From a virus (lineage: Duplodnaviria; Caudoviricetes): a DNA stretch of 51,627 bases. Shown one piece after another: positions 9,356-18,219 of the stretch. Location of the stretch: IMG/VR virus record IMGVR_UViG_3300017913_002163, positions 1 through 51,627 of that record; one strand, 5' to 3'. Below the pieces are notes generated by a model. It did not search any database and was not told the DNA's origin. It worked only from the letters and a program-made list of their open reading frames with translations. The translations under genes and the position numbers were made by a program. Every line of letters starts with the position of its first letter. The stretch's first letter is position 1.

Positions 9356-10009
9356 ATGGTTGATTTGATTAAAGAAATAGGTGATAATTATCGCTTATGG
9401 ATATTTGATTATGAAAATGAAGATTTCGAAAAAGTTCGCGCGAAAGCTTTAGAAGAAGATGGTTGGCTAAGAGATAATTATCAACCAGAAAAGTTTACAG
9501 TATCTGACCACGTAGTCATAGGTATATTATATGATAATGTAAATGATGAACCCATCGGTTTTGCCGGCTTAAAAGAATTTACACCTGATGTAGTTAGTAT
9601 GATGCATCGTTTTTATCTGTTTCCAGAGCTAAGAGCAGATAAGAATCCCATGAATCATGAGAACGGAAAAATTTTCGTCGAGACTCTTAAAACTATGCAA
9701 TGGTTTGTCGAGACTCAAACATCTTATAAACTCGGTGTTATACACATGCAGCAGAGATCAGCTAAGAAAGCAGGGCAACAGATTTGGTGGAAGTTGATGG
9801 CTAAAATCGTAAAATCGGCCGATGAAAGATGGACAAACTATAAAGATGGTTTAGTTCAAACATATCCAGGTGAAGTAACTAGCTGTTACCAAAATTTACT
9901 TTATTTAGAATTAGATGATTATACGATCGAGGATTGGAATCCTAAAACAATGTCATATGATCAACACGCATTAAGGATGGAACATGAACAGCTATCTACT
10001 GCCAATTAA
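9356..10009 (+). CDS. GNAT-like acyltransferase (putative)
   Basis: EPIGFAGL...MMHRFYLFPELR resembles GNAT beta3-beta4/motif A, but the glycine loop is degenerate. Confidence 0.45.
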   Translation: MVDLIKEIGDNYRLWIFDYENEDFEKVRAKALEEDGWLRDNYQPEKFTVSDHVVIGILYDNVNDEPIGFAGLKEFTPDVVSMMHRFYLFPELRADKNPMNHENGKIFVETLKTMQWFVETQTSYKLGVIHMQQRSAKKAGQQIWWKLMAKIVKSADERWTNYKDGLVQTYPGEVTSCYQNLLYLELDDYTIEDWNPKTMSYDQHALRMEHEQLSTAN

Positions 10010-10469
10010 CTATCGTTTCGACACCGAGGCACTATTGAGAGAAGCAAACCAAAAAGAGTTTGCAGTGTACGAAGATACGAAACACGGTAAAACAGATGGC
10101 TGGAATATATTGAAAGATGATATACCTCAAGGCTTGATTCAAGCAAAAGAGTTTTGTGAGTTCTATGGCTTAGAAGAGGGTTCACCGAGATATTATAAAC
10201 TTGAAGCTAATCATTACCTTATGCCACATGTAGATTTCAATACTACATGTTCTGTTAATCATATTTTAAGTAATGAGTCTGCACCAGTCACAATTTTAGG
10301 TGAAGACTATCATTACAAAACAGCGTTACTCAATACCTCTGTACAACATGGGGTAAATAACATTGGAAAGGAAGAAAGATTACTTTTTAAGATATCTTTC
10401 TTTGAAAGCACTTATGAAGAAATTAGAGAAAAGATACGATCACGAGAAGCTGCTTTCAGTATTGCATAG
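9984..10469 (+). CDS. 2OG-Fe(II) oxygenase, AspH-like cupin
   Basis: PHVD...LLNTSVQHGVNN...R: HxD...H facial triad plus a distal Arg. Confidence 0.7.
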   Translation: MNSYLLPINYRFDTEALLREANQKEFAVYEDTKHGKTDGWNILKDDIPQGLIQAKEFCEFYGLEEGSPRYYKLEANHYLMPHVDFNTTCSVNHILSNESAPVTILGEDYHYKTALLNTSVQHGVNNIGKEERLLFKISFFESTYEEIREKIRSREAAFSIA

Positions 10470-10923
10470 TACTAATATAGCTGCTAATCAAGTACACGTA
10501 ACTTCTCCTACAGGACAAGACTATGTTTATCCGTCTGGCGATCTGTCAAACCAAGGTTTAGATCAAAATGCCTTTACAGTAATGAATGAGGCTTTTGTTG
10601 GAACTTATGTAGAAGAAGTCTATAACGATATAGCTCAAGACTATGACATTTGTCGAGGACGTTTCATGTCCTTAACTCCAGTTAACCGCGCATATACATA
10701 TCATTATGATATATCTAAAAGATTACATATACCAATCATCACTAACGAAAACTGCATGTTCTTAGTCGATGACGTAGTATATCGCATGGATGATCTTGGA
10801 GCCCTATACGAACTTGATACATTAAAAAAACACACAGCACTAAATCTAAGCAATCAACCACGATTACATTTTGTTGTTTGTCTCAAGTCTAATTTCAATA
10901 TGAATGATTACATAAGGAAATAA
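10414..10923 (+). CDS. Aspartyl/asparaginyl beta-hydroxylase-family oxygenase
   Basis: RGRFM.L.P....YHYD...RLHIPIITN...DT.KKHTALN.S...RLH.V. Start taken at the in-frame ATG 10414 (track start 10363). Confidence 0.75.
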   Translation: MKKLEKRYDHEKLLSVLHSTNIAANQVHVTSPTGQDYVYPSGDLSNQGLDQNAFTVMNEAFVGTYVEEVYNDIAQDYDICRGRFMSLTPVNRAYTYHYDISKRLHIPIITNENCMFLVDDVVYRMDDLGALYELDTLKKHTALNLSNQPRLHFVVCLKSNFNMNDYIRK

Positions 10924-10924
10924 A

Positions 10925-11653
10925 ATGCAGATCGCGTTAGACGAATTATACAAAACTCATCCTCATATGAGAGGACAACCTGAAGATAAACTCATGGCTT
11001 TTATCTTCAAGTATATCTCTCAGCCTGCAATACAAACAGAGATGTACGAAGCGTTACATACTTCTCCATTGGTTGAGACTGATATCGATATTGACATTGA
11101 ACAATTTAAGTTAGATATCGCTGCTTATGATAAACAGTTTACTCGTTGGGGAGATACACACCTCGACTATCCTCGTTTTGGTTTACCTCTAGTAAATATG
11201 ACGGGCACATTAGATGAAGACATTGATCCATCTCGTATGCCTCTAGATGAATATTTTATGGAGTATGGTACTAAAGATCATATGCCATTTGATCATGAGA
11301 TACTTGAAAAGACAGAAGCTTTTTACATTGAATCACTCAAACCATTAACAGATGTTTTTGGTGAATATATGTGTAGAAGTGCTATCTTGAAATGGGATAC
11401 TATGGGTCATTTCAAAGATCACGTTGATGTAAAAGTGCCAGCACCTAACTTAAGATTATGGGGCACTACGTCAAACAATATGCAATTAAAAATGGATGGT
11501 AAACATATAAATAACATCAAGCCAGGAAAGATTTACATCTTTGATTCTAGCTTAGTACACAGCGCTCATGCGCGTGAAGATAATATATATCAGTTTTTCA
11601 TTGGTCTAACTATTGATGCTTATGACACAATGATGGCTAGGAGAATTTCATGA
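10925..11653 (+). CDS. 2OG-Fe(II) oxygenase, AspH-like
   Basis: GHFKDHVD...PGKIYIFDSSLVHSAH: HxD...H. Confidence 0.65.
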   Translation: MQIALDELYKTHPHMRGQPEDKLMAFIFKYISQPAIQTEMYEALHTSPLVETDIDIDIEQFKLDIAAYDKQFTRWGDTHLDYPRFGLPLVNMTGTLDEDIDPSRMPLDEYFMEYGTKDHMPFDHEILEKTEAFYIESLKPLTDVFGEYMCRSAILKWDTMGHFKDHVDVKVPAPNLRLWGTTSNNMQLKMDGKHINNIKPGKIYIFDSSLVHSAHAREDNIYQFFIGLTIDAYDTMMARRIS

Positions 11654-12222
11654 AACTCGTAGTGGGTGGATTACAAGGTTCGGGTAGAACTACGTTTGCA
11701 AATAGAGCAGCAACATTTGGTGTGCGCATATTTGATACCAATCAAATCTATGCCACAAGAAGAGCGTCTATGAAGACTGGATATTCTCGTTTATCTGGTC
11801 CATTCATGGAATCATCTGATGATATGATCAACGAGTATAAAGAAAACTTACCAGTATTTTTAGAAGAACTCGGAAAGTTCGTTGATAGCTTTGATGTTAT
11901 ATTAGCAGATCCATTCATATTAAATTATATTTGTGATAATGCTCCAGACGGAGTAGCACATACAATATTGATTACTGCGCCACAAGAAGATCAATGTTTA
12001 AGAACATATGAAAAAGAAAGACTAACAGATCCGAGGTTGATTGGTAAGTCTAACTCATATGAATTAGTAAAACATGAATACATAAAAGAGTTCAATAGAC
12101 ACCAATCAGTAATCAATTCTCTTGAAGATAAAGTAGATACACATATCGTTAATAACGGTACACTTGAACAATATCATGCAACCATTGACAATTTATTAAA
12201 TGAACATAATTTACTCAACTAA
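11650..12222 (+). CDS. P-loop kinase, dephospho-CoA kinase (CoaE)-like
   Basis: GGLQGSGRTTFAN...GVRIFD, ILITAPQEDQCLR and DTHIVNNGTLE parallel the CoaE motifs; Walker A Lys is replaced by Arg. Confidence 0.6.
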   Translation: MKLVVGGLQGSGRTTFANRAATFGVRIFDTNQIYATRRASMKTGYSRLSGPFMESSDDMINEYKENLPVFLEELGKFVDSFDVILADPFILNYICDNAPDGVAHTILITAPQEDQCLRTYEKERLTDPRLIGKSNSYELVKHEYIKEFNRHQSVINSLEDKVDTHIVNNGTLEQYHATIDNLLNEHNLLN

Positions 12223-13000
12223 GACACTCGGCTATCACTACGACGACAGACTTATCATAAAAGACATGTGGGATCTCGGAGTTTCGGGATCTCAAATAGC
12301 AATGTCGATTGCAAAGGCTCAAAAGTTTTACGAGGTAGCCGAACCTGTAGCTTTTACGTGGTCTATATTGCTGGTTGTCGATGAGAAGAAGTTAGGTAAA
12401 TTCAAAGATTCTGATAAAGAAACAAACCTCGATAGACTGAAGTTTCTTACAAGAAATTTTAAGCAGCCTGCTGAGTTCGAAGTAGTATACACTATTGCTA
12501 CTGTAGAAGATATTCCTTATAAAGATACAGAAATATTCACATCACTTTGGCCATTTGAAAAACAATGGAAAGGTGGTGGAGGTTACGTATTAAATTACAA
12601 AGCCACAGAGTTTGGATTCAATGACTATGCTGTAAAGACGAGAGGCATACATTTACCTGGCCAGATATATAAAGATTATCGAATTGAACAGTTTAGTTAC
12701 AGAGATAAATGGGAAGACGTACTAGAATGGATGCTATATGCTGATTTAGTAGTGGCCGAAAGGACTACACTCTTAGCGATGGCTCTATGGACGAATACAC
12801 CAACTTTGCTCGTATCTCAACCTAAACTTGAGATGTACTTAGATGGCAAGATGAGGCCATTATTATATGGGAACGGCAACTTAGGCATGTCATGGAATGT
12901 TGATCATTACGATGGCAATATCAAGCAAGATTATTTTGATGCTCCGTTTAAGAACGTGAGTGTAGAAGAGTTAGAAGATGAAATGCGTAATTGGTTATGA
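12200..13000 (+). CDS. GT-B fold glycosyltransferase-like protein (GT9-like, degenerate)
   Basis: VLEWMLYADLVVAERTTLLAMALWTNTPTLLV resembles the GT9 C-terminal motif. Confidence 0.45.
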   Translation: MNIIYSTKTLGYHYDDRLIIKDMWDLGVSGSQIAMSIAKAQKFYEVAEPVAFTWSILLVVDEKKLGKFKDSDKETNLDRLKFLTRNFKQPAEFEVVYTIATVEDIPYKDTEIFTSLWPFEKQWKGGGGYVLNYKATEFGFNDYAVKTRGIHLPGQIYKDYRIEQFSYRDKWEDVLEWMLYADLVVAERTTLLAMALWTNTPTLLVSQPKLEMYLDGKMRPLLYGNGNLGMSWNVDHYDGNIKQDYFDAPFKNVSVEELEDEMRNWL

Positions 13001-13619
13001 TGAAGACTATATGCCTCAATACAAGGTGTGTAAATCAACGATAACAGAAGATATAGACTATACACGAAACATGATATTACCACATATAGGTAGTACACGT
13101 TTTTCGTTGTCACGTTTCCTTGTTCCTTATCAGATGCAGTATCATGGCTGGCACTTATATTGCGATAGCGACTTCTATTTTCTCGATACGCCTCGTAAAC
13201 TATTACATTACATTGACCCAAAATATGCAGTACTCGTATGTAAGCATCCAACCTATGCACCAAATTCTGAAGAGAAGATGGACGGTAAACCTCAAAAGCC
13301 ATACGAACGCAAGAACTGGTCATCGCTCATGTTATGGAACTGTGCACACGAGGCAAATCGCATGTTGACACCTACATTTGTAGCTGACTGTCATCCTCTT
13401 TACTTACATCAATTCAAATGGTTAGAAGACGACCAGATTGGCTCATTACCTCTCGAGTGGAATACTCTTGAGGGTTATTATGAATTCGAAAATCCAAAAG
13501 CAATTCATTACACTGATGGTGTACCTCTTAATGATAAATACAAGAATACACCGAATGCACAACTATGGCTAGATAGACATGAACTTTTACTGCGTGAAGG
13601 TGGGAACTCGGTATACTGA
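12978..13619 (+). CDS. GT-A glycosyltransferase (GT8-like)
   Basis: STRFSLSRFLVP, YCDSDF (DxD), KNWSSLMLWN, LPLEWN, IHYTDG.P. Confidence 0.85.
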   Translation: MKCVIGYDEDYMPQYKVCKSTITEDIDYTRNMILPHIGSTRFSLSRFLVPYQMQYHGWHLYCDSDFYFLDTPRKLLHYIDPKYAVLVCKHPTYAPNSEEKMDGKPQKPYERKNWSSLMLWNCAHEANRMLTPTFVADCHPLYLHQFKWLEDDQIGSLPLEWNTLEGYYEFENPKAIHYTDGVPLNDKYKNTPNAQLWLDRHELLLREGGNSVY

Positions 13620-14190
13620 CGAGTTTGTTGTAAAACTTGAGAGCATGATATCTCGTACTTATGATGCTCCATATACACTAAACTGTATTACTGACGACCC
13701 AAGTACTTTACCTAATTATATTAGAACCATCAAGATTCCTACTCAATTAGAAAAATGGTGGTCAAAGATGGTTTTGTTTGATGAAGAGTTCATAGAAGAA
13801 GGCACGTTCTTCGATTTAGATGTAGTCATCAAAGGTGATATAAACGAAATACATCGTCCTGATATCTACATGAAGATGTTACAGACGAGTTGGGTAGACC
13901 TAAAGCAGTTAAAAGAACACACGATTGGTAATAGACAACGATACTGTTCAATCAACTCATCTGTAATGTCATGGGATAAGCAGACGAAAAGGAATCATAT
14001 TTGGAAATACTTCGTCGATAATCAAGAAAAGATAATGAGTATCTTTACGGGCATCGATTCGTTTATCGAGCATAGGTTTCCAGATGATTATGTCTTATAT
14101 GCACGACCTCTCGAACAGATACATATCTTGCTTGATAAGAAACAAGACGAGTTAAGAGAGGAATCATGGATCCAAAGCTACTGGACTTAA
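13579..14190 (+). CDS. GT-A glycosyltransferase
   Basis: CVKVGTRY..EFV..L..M, CITD, WWSK..LF, FDLDVVI, INSSVM.W. Confidence 0.8.
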   Translation: MNFYCVKVGTRYTDEFVVKLESMISRTYDAPYTLNCITDDPSTLPNYIRTIKIPTQLEKWWSKMVLFDEEFIEEGTFFDLDVVIKGDINEIHRPDIYMKMLQTSWVDLKQLKEHTIGNRQRYCSINSSVMSWDKQTKRNHIWKYFVDNQEKIMSIFTGIDSFIEHRFPDDYVLYARPLEQIHILLDKKQDELREESWIQSYWT

Positions 14191-15050
14191 GACCAGATTG
14201 GACGAAAGACGAGTATCACCGCGACTATAAGATCGATCTATCAACGAATGTGTGTTGGGATGCAGGCTTACCACACTTTGAGTTCGATTACTCAAGATAC
14301 TCAAATACAGCTACATGCTATAGTATACTTTCAGACTATCACTCTGTTTATGCAAAACAGATCGCTATCGGTTTAGGCCTAAGCGAACTGATCATGCGTA
14401 TCATGCAAGTGATAAAGCAAAAGGGTTTTACACTCACCAACCTGAGCTCATGGAAACCTGTTGCGATGGCTCAGAAGTTGTATAGTATACCACACGGCCA
14501 AGACGTTTGTTACATAGCAAATCCCCATGGTGAGAACGGCAAACTTATCGAAGACTATAAACCTTATATCGATCAGTATAAGTTAGTCATCATCGATGAG
14601 GCTTACGGTGATTTTTGTGAAACACCATCTGTAAATCTTGGCTCATCAAATGTCCTATATCTTAAGACAATGAGTAAATCATTGGCTATGCCGGGAATTC
14701 GTTTTGGTTGGGCTGTAGGACATGAGCCTCTGATATTCGAGATACAAAATACTAGACCAGCTCATGTTTGTATTGGTGGTGTGGCTGAAAACCTGCCTTC
14801 AATGTTAGATGAGATACCGCATCACGTAAAAAGAATGAACGCAACGAAGGCATATATAGAAAAGACATATCCGTGTATACCTTCGCATGGTAATTATGTA
14901 TTGATAAAAGGTTATGAAAAGTTCTCGAAGCACTTTCACCTGAAAGAGTTTGAGGACCACGCCAGAATGGCATTGATAAATCGTAATATGGTGACTAAGA
15001 GTGCGCTTAACAAGGAACACCCTTTCTTCGATAGAGTTGAACCTAATTGA
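14166..15050 (+). CDS. PLP-dependent class I/II aminotransferase or decarboxylase (HisC/CobD-like)
   Basis: IANP, IIDEAY.DF, KTMSKSLAMPGIRFGW (PLP lysine), GNYVLI. Confidence 0.85.
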   Translation: MDPKLLDLRPDWTKDEYHRDYKIDLSTNVCWDAGLPHFEFDYSRYSNTATCYSILSDYHSVYAKQIAIGLGLSELIMRIMQVIKQKGFTLTNLSSWKPVAMAQKLYSIPHGQDVCYIANPHGENGKLIEDYKPYIDQYKLVIIDEAYGDFCETPSVNLGSSNVLYLKTMSKSLAMPGIRFGWAVGHEPLIFEIQNTRPAHVCIGGVAENLPSMLDEIPHHVKRMNATKAYIEKTYPCIPSHGNYVLIKGYEKFSKHFHLKEFEDHARMALINRNMVTKSALNKEHPFFDRVEPN

Positions 15051-15771
15051 TATCTGCAATCGTACTTGCAGTTTCTGTCCACGTGGTGTAGGCTTCGAGA
15101 ATACAAAATCTCAGATGAGTCTTAAGACGATTAAGGCTATCAATAACTCATTACGAAAGATGGATTATCGAGGTACAGTAACTCTTGCTGGATTCGGTGA
15201 ACCTTTATTACAAAAAAATATAATTAAGCATGTACAAGAACTCAAAAAGGGTGTACAATTAAAACAGATAAAGCTAATCACGAACGGTGACTACCTGACA
15301 CCAAAGTCTGCAAAGAATCTTGTCAAAGCAGGTATTAACTGTATCAAGGTTTCAATGTATGACGAAGATAAGACCGAATACTATGACTCGTTCTTAAAAG
15401 AATATGACATCGAGAGGATATACAAACATTATTACGAAGGTTTGCCCGAAGATGTGGAAGTAAATCGTAATGAGATGTGGCAAAAGAGCAAGATAATAAG
15501 TAAGAAAAGCCCATGCTATTTGCCATTCTATAAGATGTTTGTAAACTGGAATGGTGACGTTGCACTCTGTAGTAACGATTGGAACTTAAGTCAGATATTC
15601 GGTAATGTCAATCGTGATTGGATACATGACATATGGGAATCAGATTACTATAAGGCTTATCGTCGTATCATGATAAAGAGCCAAAGAATCATGAGTCCAT
15701 GTATATCGTGTGATGTAAACGGCCAAGTTTTAGGGAAGGAGAGCTATGACTATTACAAGGACAATGCATAA
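15001..15771 (+). CDS. Radical SAM protein with SPASM/twitch domain
   Basis: CNRTCSFC, GFGEPLL, ITNG; C-terminal C..P...G.V.LC..D...GN...IW...C..C. Confidence 0.9.
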   Translation: MRLTRNTLSSIELNLIDICNRTCSFCPRGVGFENTKSQMSLKTIKAINNSLRKMDYRGTVTLAGFGEPLLQKNIIKHVQELKKGVQLKQIKLITNGDYLTPKSAKNLVKAGINCIKVSMYDEDKTEYYDSFLKEYDIERIYKHYYEGLPEDVEVNRNEMWQKSKIISKKSPCYLPFYKMFVNWNGDVALCSNDWNLSQIFGNVNRDWIHDIWESDYYKAYRRIMIKSQRIMSPCISCDVNGQVLGKESYDYYKDNA

Positions 15772-16366
15772 ATGTCCTATCCCGTTTTGGACATTCTCTC
15801 GTATAGCACAACATATAGCAGTCGAGTATCCGTATCGTTCTCTCGACTTTGCAAGATCATATTCAGAAAATCAAATGAGAGCGAAGTCTTGGTTAGTTGA
15901 AAGACTCTCACTCTCTCCTGCGGCTGGCAAAAAGAACAAGTCAATATATGTACTCGGTGCATGGTATGGTACACTTATCGTTCCATTACTCAGACATTAT
16001 TTCAAAGACATCAAAGAGATAGTACTCGTTGATTATGACCGCGATACGTTGAACATAGCAACGATGATGTTTAGCGGTATTAAAACAAAGTGTATGGATG
16101 TAAGCTTTGACTTAGAAGAGCTCGAAGCAGACATCATCATCAACACTTCATGTGAACACATGTGGCATATGAAAGACATTAGCTTTAAGGGTTTGTGTGC
16201 TTTTCAGTCAAACGATTTCTTACAAGAAACTGCTCACGTAAACTGCGTGCAATCACTCGAAGAGTTCAAAGAGCAAACAGGTATAACGAACGTACACTAT
16301 CAAGGCGAGATACCATTTGATGACTACCACGACAATAAAAGGTTCATGATCATCGGCGAACAATGA
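15746..16366 (+). CDS. SAM-dependent methyltransferase-like protein
   Basis: VLGAWYG glycine motif, acidic VDYD at the end of beta2, DIIINTSCEH. Confidence 0.7.
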   Translation: MTITRTMHKCPIPFWTFSRIAQHIAVEYPYRSLDFARSYSENQMRAKSWLVERLSLSPAAGKKNKSIYVLGAWYGTLIVPLLRHYFKDIKEIVLVDYDRDTLNIATMMFSGIKTKCMDVSFDLEELEADIIINTSCEHMWHMKDISFKGLCAFQSNDFLQETAHVNCVQSLEEFKEQTGITNVHYQGEIPFDDYHDNKRFMIIGEQ

Positions 16367-17133
16367 TACACGTATTATGCAGCAAGTGGGGTGATAAGTA
16401 CGGACCTGAGTACGTAAACCGATTAAAAGAGATGGTGAAGAGACACTTACCAGCTCAACACCAATTCTATTGTCAGACAGAAGATACTCATGGACTCGAT
16501 AGAGATATCACTGTCTTACCATTCCTAACAGACCTTCCACAATCAACTCCTCAAGAGATGTTTGCTTCAGATAACTGGAGAAATAACTTGCCTCGTTTAT
16601 GGGATAGACCGAAGCTAAATTACTTTAAGCCTTATGGTTGGGGACTAGAAGGTGTACGTATAGCACTAGACTTAGATGTTATTATACACAACGATATGAG
16701 ACCACTTCTTGACTTATTTGATAAACCTTTGACTGGCAGATCATGGTGGCATAACAGAGATTATGAGAAAGAACCGACTTGGAAACATAGACATGGTGCT
16801 ATGAATAATGGCGGCTTTTATATGTGGGAGAACACACAGCTATGCAAGGTATGGCACGACTGCATGAAATATGCCGAAAGGATATACCATATATATACTG
16901 GAGGATCTGATAACTTCATTAGTCAACGACATATCGAGTTATTTGACTTCGTACCTCATACGTTGTATTATTCGTTTAATCGTGGTTGCAAATGGCCTGA
17001 TGATATGGATAGGCATAAGATAAGAGAAGACAAGATCATATGTGTCTTCAATACAGACCCAAATAATGCTACAAACTTTGAGCTACATGAAGCTGCAAAG
17101 ATGTATGATCAAGTAGGAAAACTATGGAATTAA
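16363..17133 (+). CDS. GT-A glycosyltransferase
   Basis: CSKWGDKYGPEYVNRL..MV.RHL, LDLDVII, NGGFY.W; paralog of 13579..14190. Confidence 0.8.
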   Translation: MIHVLCSKWGDKYGPEYVNRLKEMVKRHLPAQHQFYCQTEDTHGLDRDITVLPFLTDLPQSTPQEMFASDNWRNNLPRLWDRPKLNYFKPYGWGLEGVRIALDLDVIIHNDMRPLLDLFDKPLTGRSWWHNRDYEKEPTWKHRHGAMNNGGFYMWENTQLCKVWHDCMKYAERIYHIYTGGSDNFISQRHIELFDFVPHTLYYSFNRGCKWPDDMDRHKIREDKIICVFNTDPNNATNFELHEAAKMYDQVGKLWN

Positions 17134-17735
17134 GAGTGTATACGGTTCGTGTTGGTGATAAGTATGGACCAGAATATGAAGAGAGGATTCGCGAACGTAT
17201 ACCACATATTGAAGTATTACACGAAGGACCATGGAACTTACAGTGGAATAAGATCAGTTTCTTTAACGTACAAGGTCCAGATCCAGTAGTGGTATTGGAT
17301 ATTGATATCGATTTAGTAAATGATTATATGGATCTCATTAACTACCCGATTGAACGAGGAGAGTTCCTCAGTATGAGGTCATGGTGGGAAGATGTATCAG
17401 GCTGTGAGCTCAACGGAGGTTTCTACAAATTTTACCCGGACGATGTGCGTTACATATATAATGAGTTTGCACAAGCTGGTCCATTTTGGGAACAATACTT
17501 TATTGATCTTGGTGTAAAACCTGGACCAGTAAATGGTGAAGAGAACTTTGTCGAGTACATGGTCAAGAAGAGGCTCGATCTAAAGTTTATACCTGATGAA
17601 TGGTGTGGCAGGATGGTAAAAGAGCCAACCAAAAGATGGTTGACTCGTATAAATCGTAAATATCCTGGTGACTATTTCTATTTAGATAAAGTAAACCCAG
17701 ACGTAAAGATACTACACTATACTATGGGTTCCTAA
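17124..17735 (+). CDS. GT-A glycosyltransferase
   Basis: VGDKYGPEYE, WNK..FF, LDIDI, NGGFYKF, GEENF, ILHYT. Confidence 0.75.
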   Translation: MELRVYTVRVGDKYGPEYEERIRERIPHIEVLHEGPWNLQWNKISFFNVQGPDPVVVLDIDIDLVNDYMDLINYPIERGEFLSMRSWWEDVSGCELNGGFYKFYPDDVRYIYNEFAQAGPFWEQYFIDLGVKPGPVNGEENFVEYMVKKRLDLKFIPDEWCGRMVKEPTKRWLTRINRKYPGDYFYLDKVNPDVKILHYTMGS

Positions 17736-18219
17736 TATCCCATAGTTTCTTCATGAGATTAAGTGGATCACCTTCTAATCTCATAGCATCACGAGTAGCA
17801 CTATCAGCTGCAGTTACTTCGTCTAGTTCGAATAACTCAAGTTTCAGATTAAATAATTTTTCGATATGATCAGCATCAGCAGAATCATAAGCGAACATCA
17901 TGTTGGCGTAGTTTTCCATTTGTTGTGCTGTATCTTCAGGACCAGCAATACGGGTATAATCTACTTTACCAGCTTCAATCAGTTGTGTATGTACCGTTTC
18001 AATCTCTTCACGAATATTTTCATAATAAGTTTCTGACCAAGCATCGATGTCTTCGAGAGAAGCAGCTGTCATTAACTGTTGGAAATAAGCGTTATCAGGG
18101 TCTACGACCACAAAGAATGAATGCATCAAATCATCTGTGCCGTTCTTAATGAGACACTCAATTGTTGTACGAGCATCGTCAGTATATCGCGCTTGTACGA
18201 GGTTTTCTGAAGTAATCAT
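17722..18219 (-). CDS. Hypothetical protein, last gene of the late structural operon
   Basis: 165 aa ORF coupled to 18216..19436; no recognised motif. Confidence 0.55.
   Translation of the reverse strand: MITSENLVQARYTDDARTTIECLIKNGTDDLMHSFFVVVDPDNAYFQQLMTAASLEDIDAWSETYYENIREEIETVHTQLIEAGKVDYTRIAGPEDTAQQMENYANMMFAYDSADADHIEKLFNLKLELFELDEVTAADSATRDAMRLEGDPLNLMKKLWDIRNP

Noticed and set aside
9356-17735. Host-derived LPS/capsule locus or contamination
   Set aside because: The genes are short and overlapping, overlap a phage structural gene at the 3' end, and include no transport or polymerase genes; this is consistent with a resident phage island.
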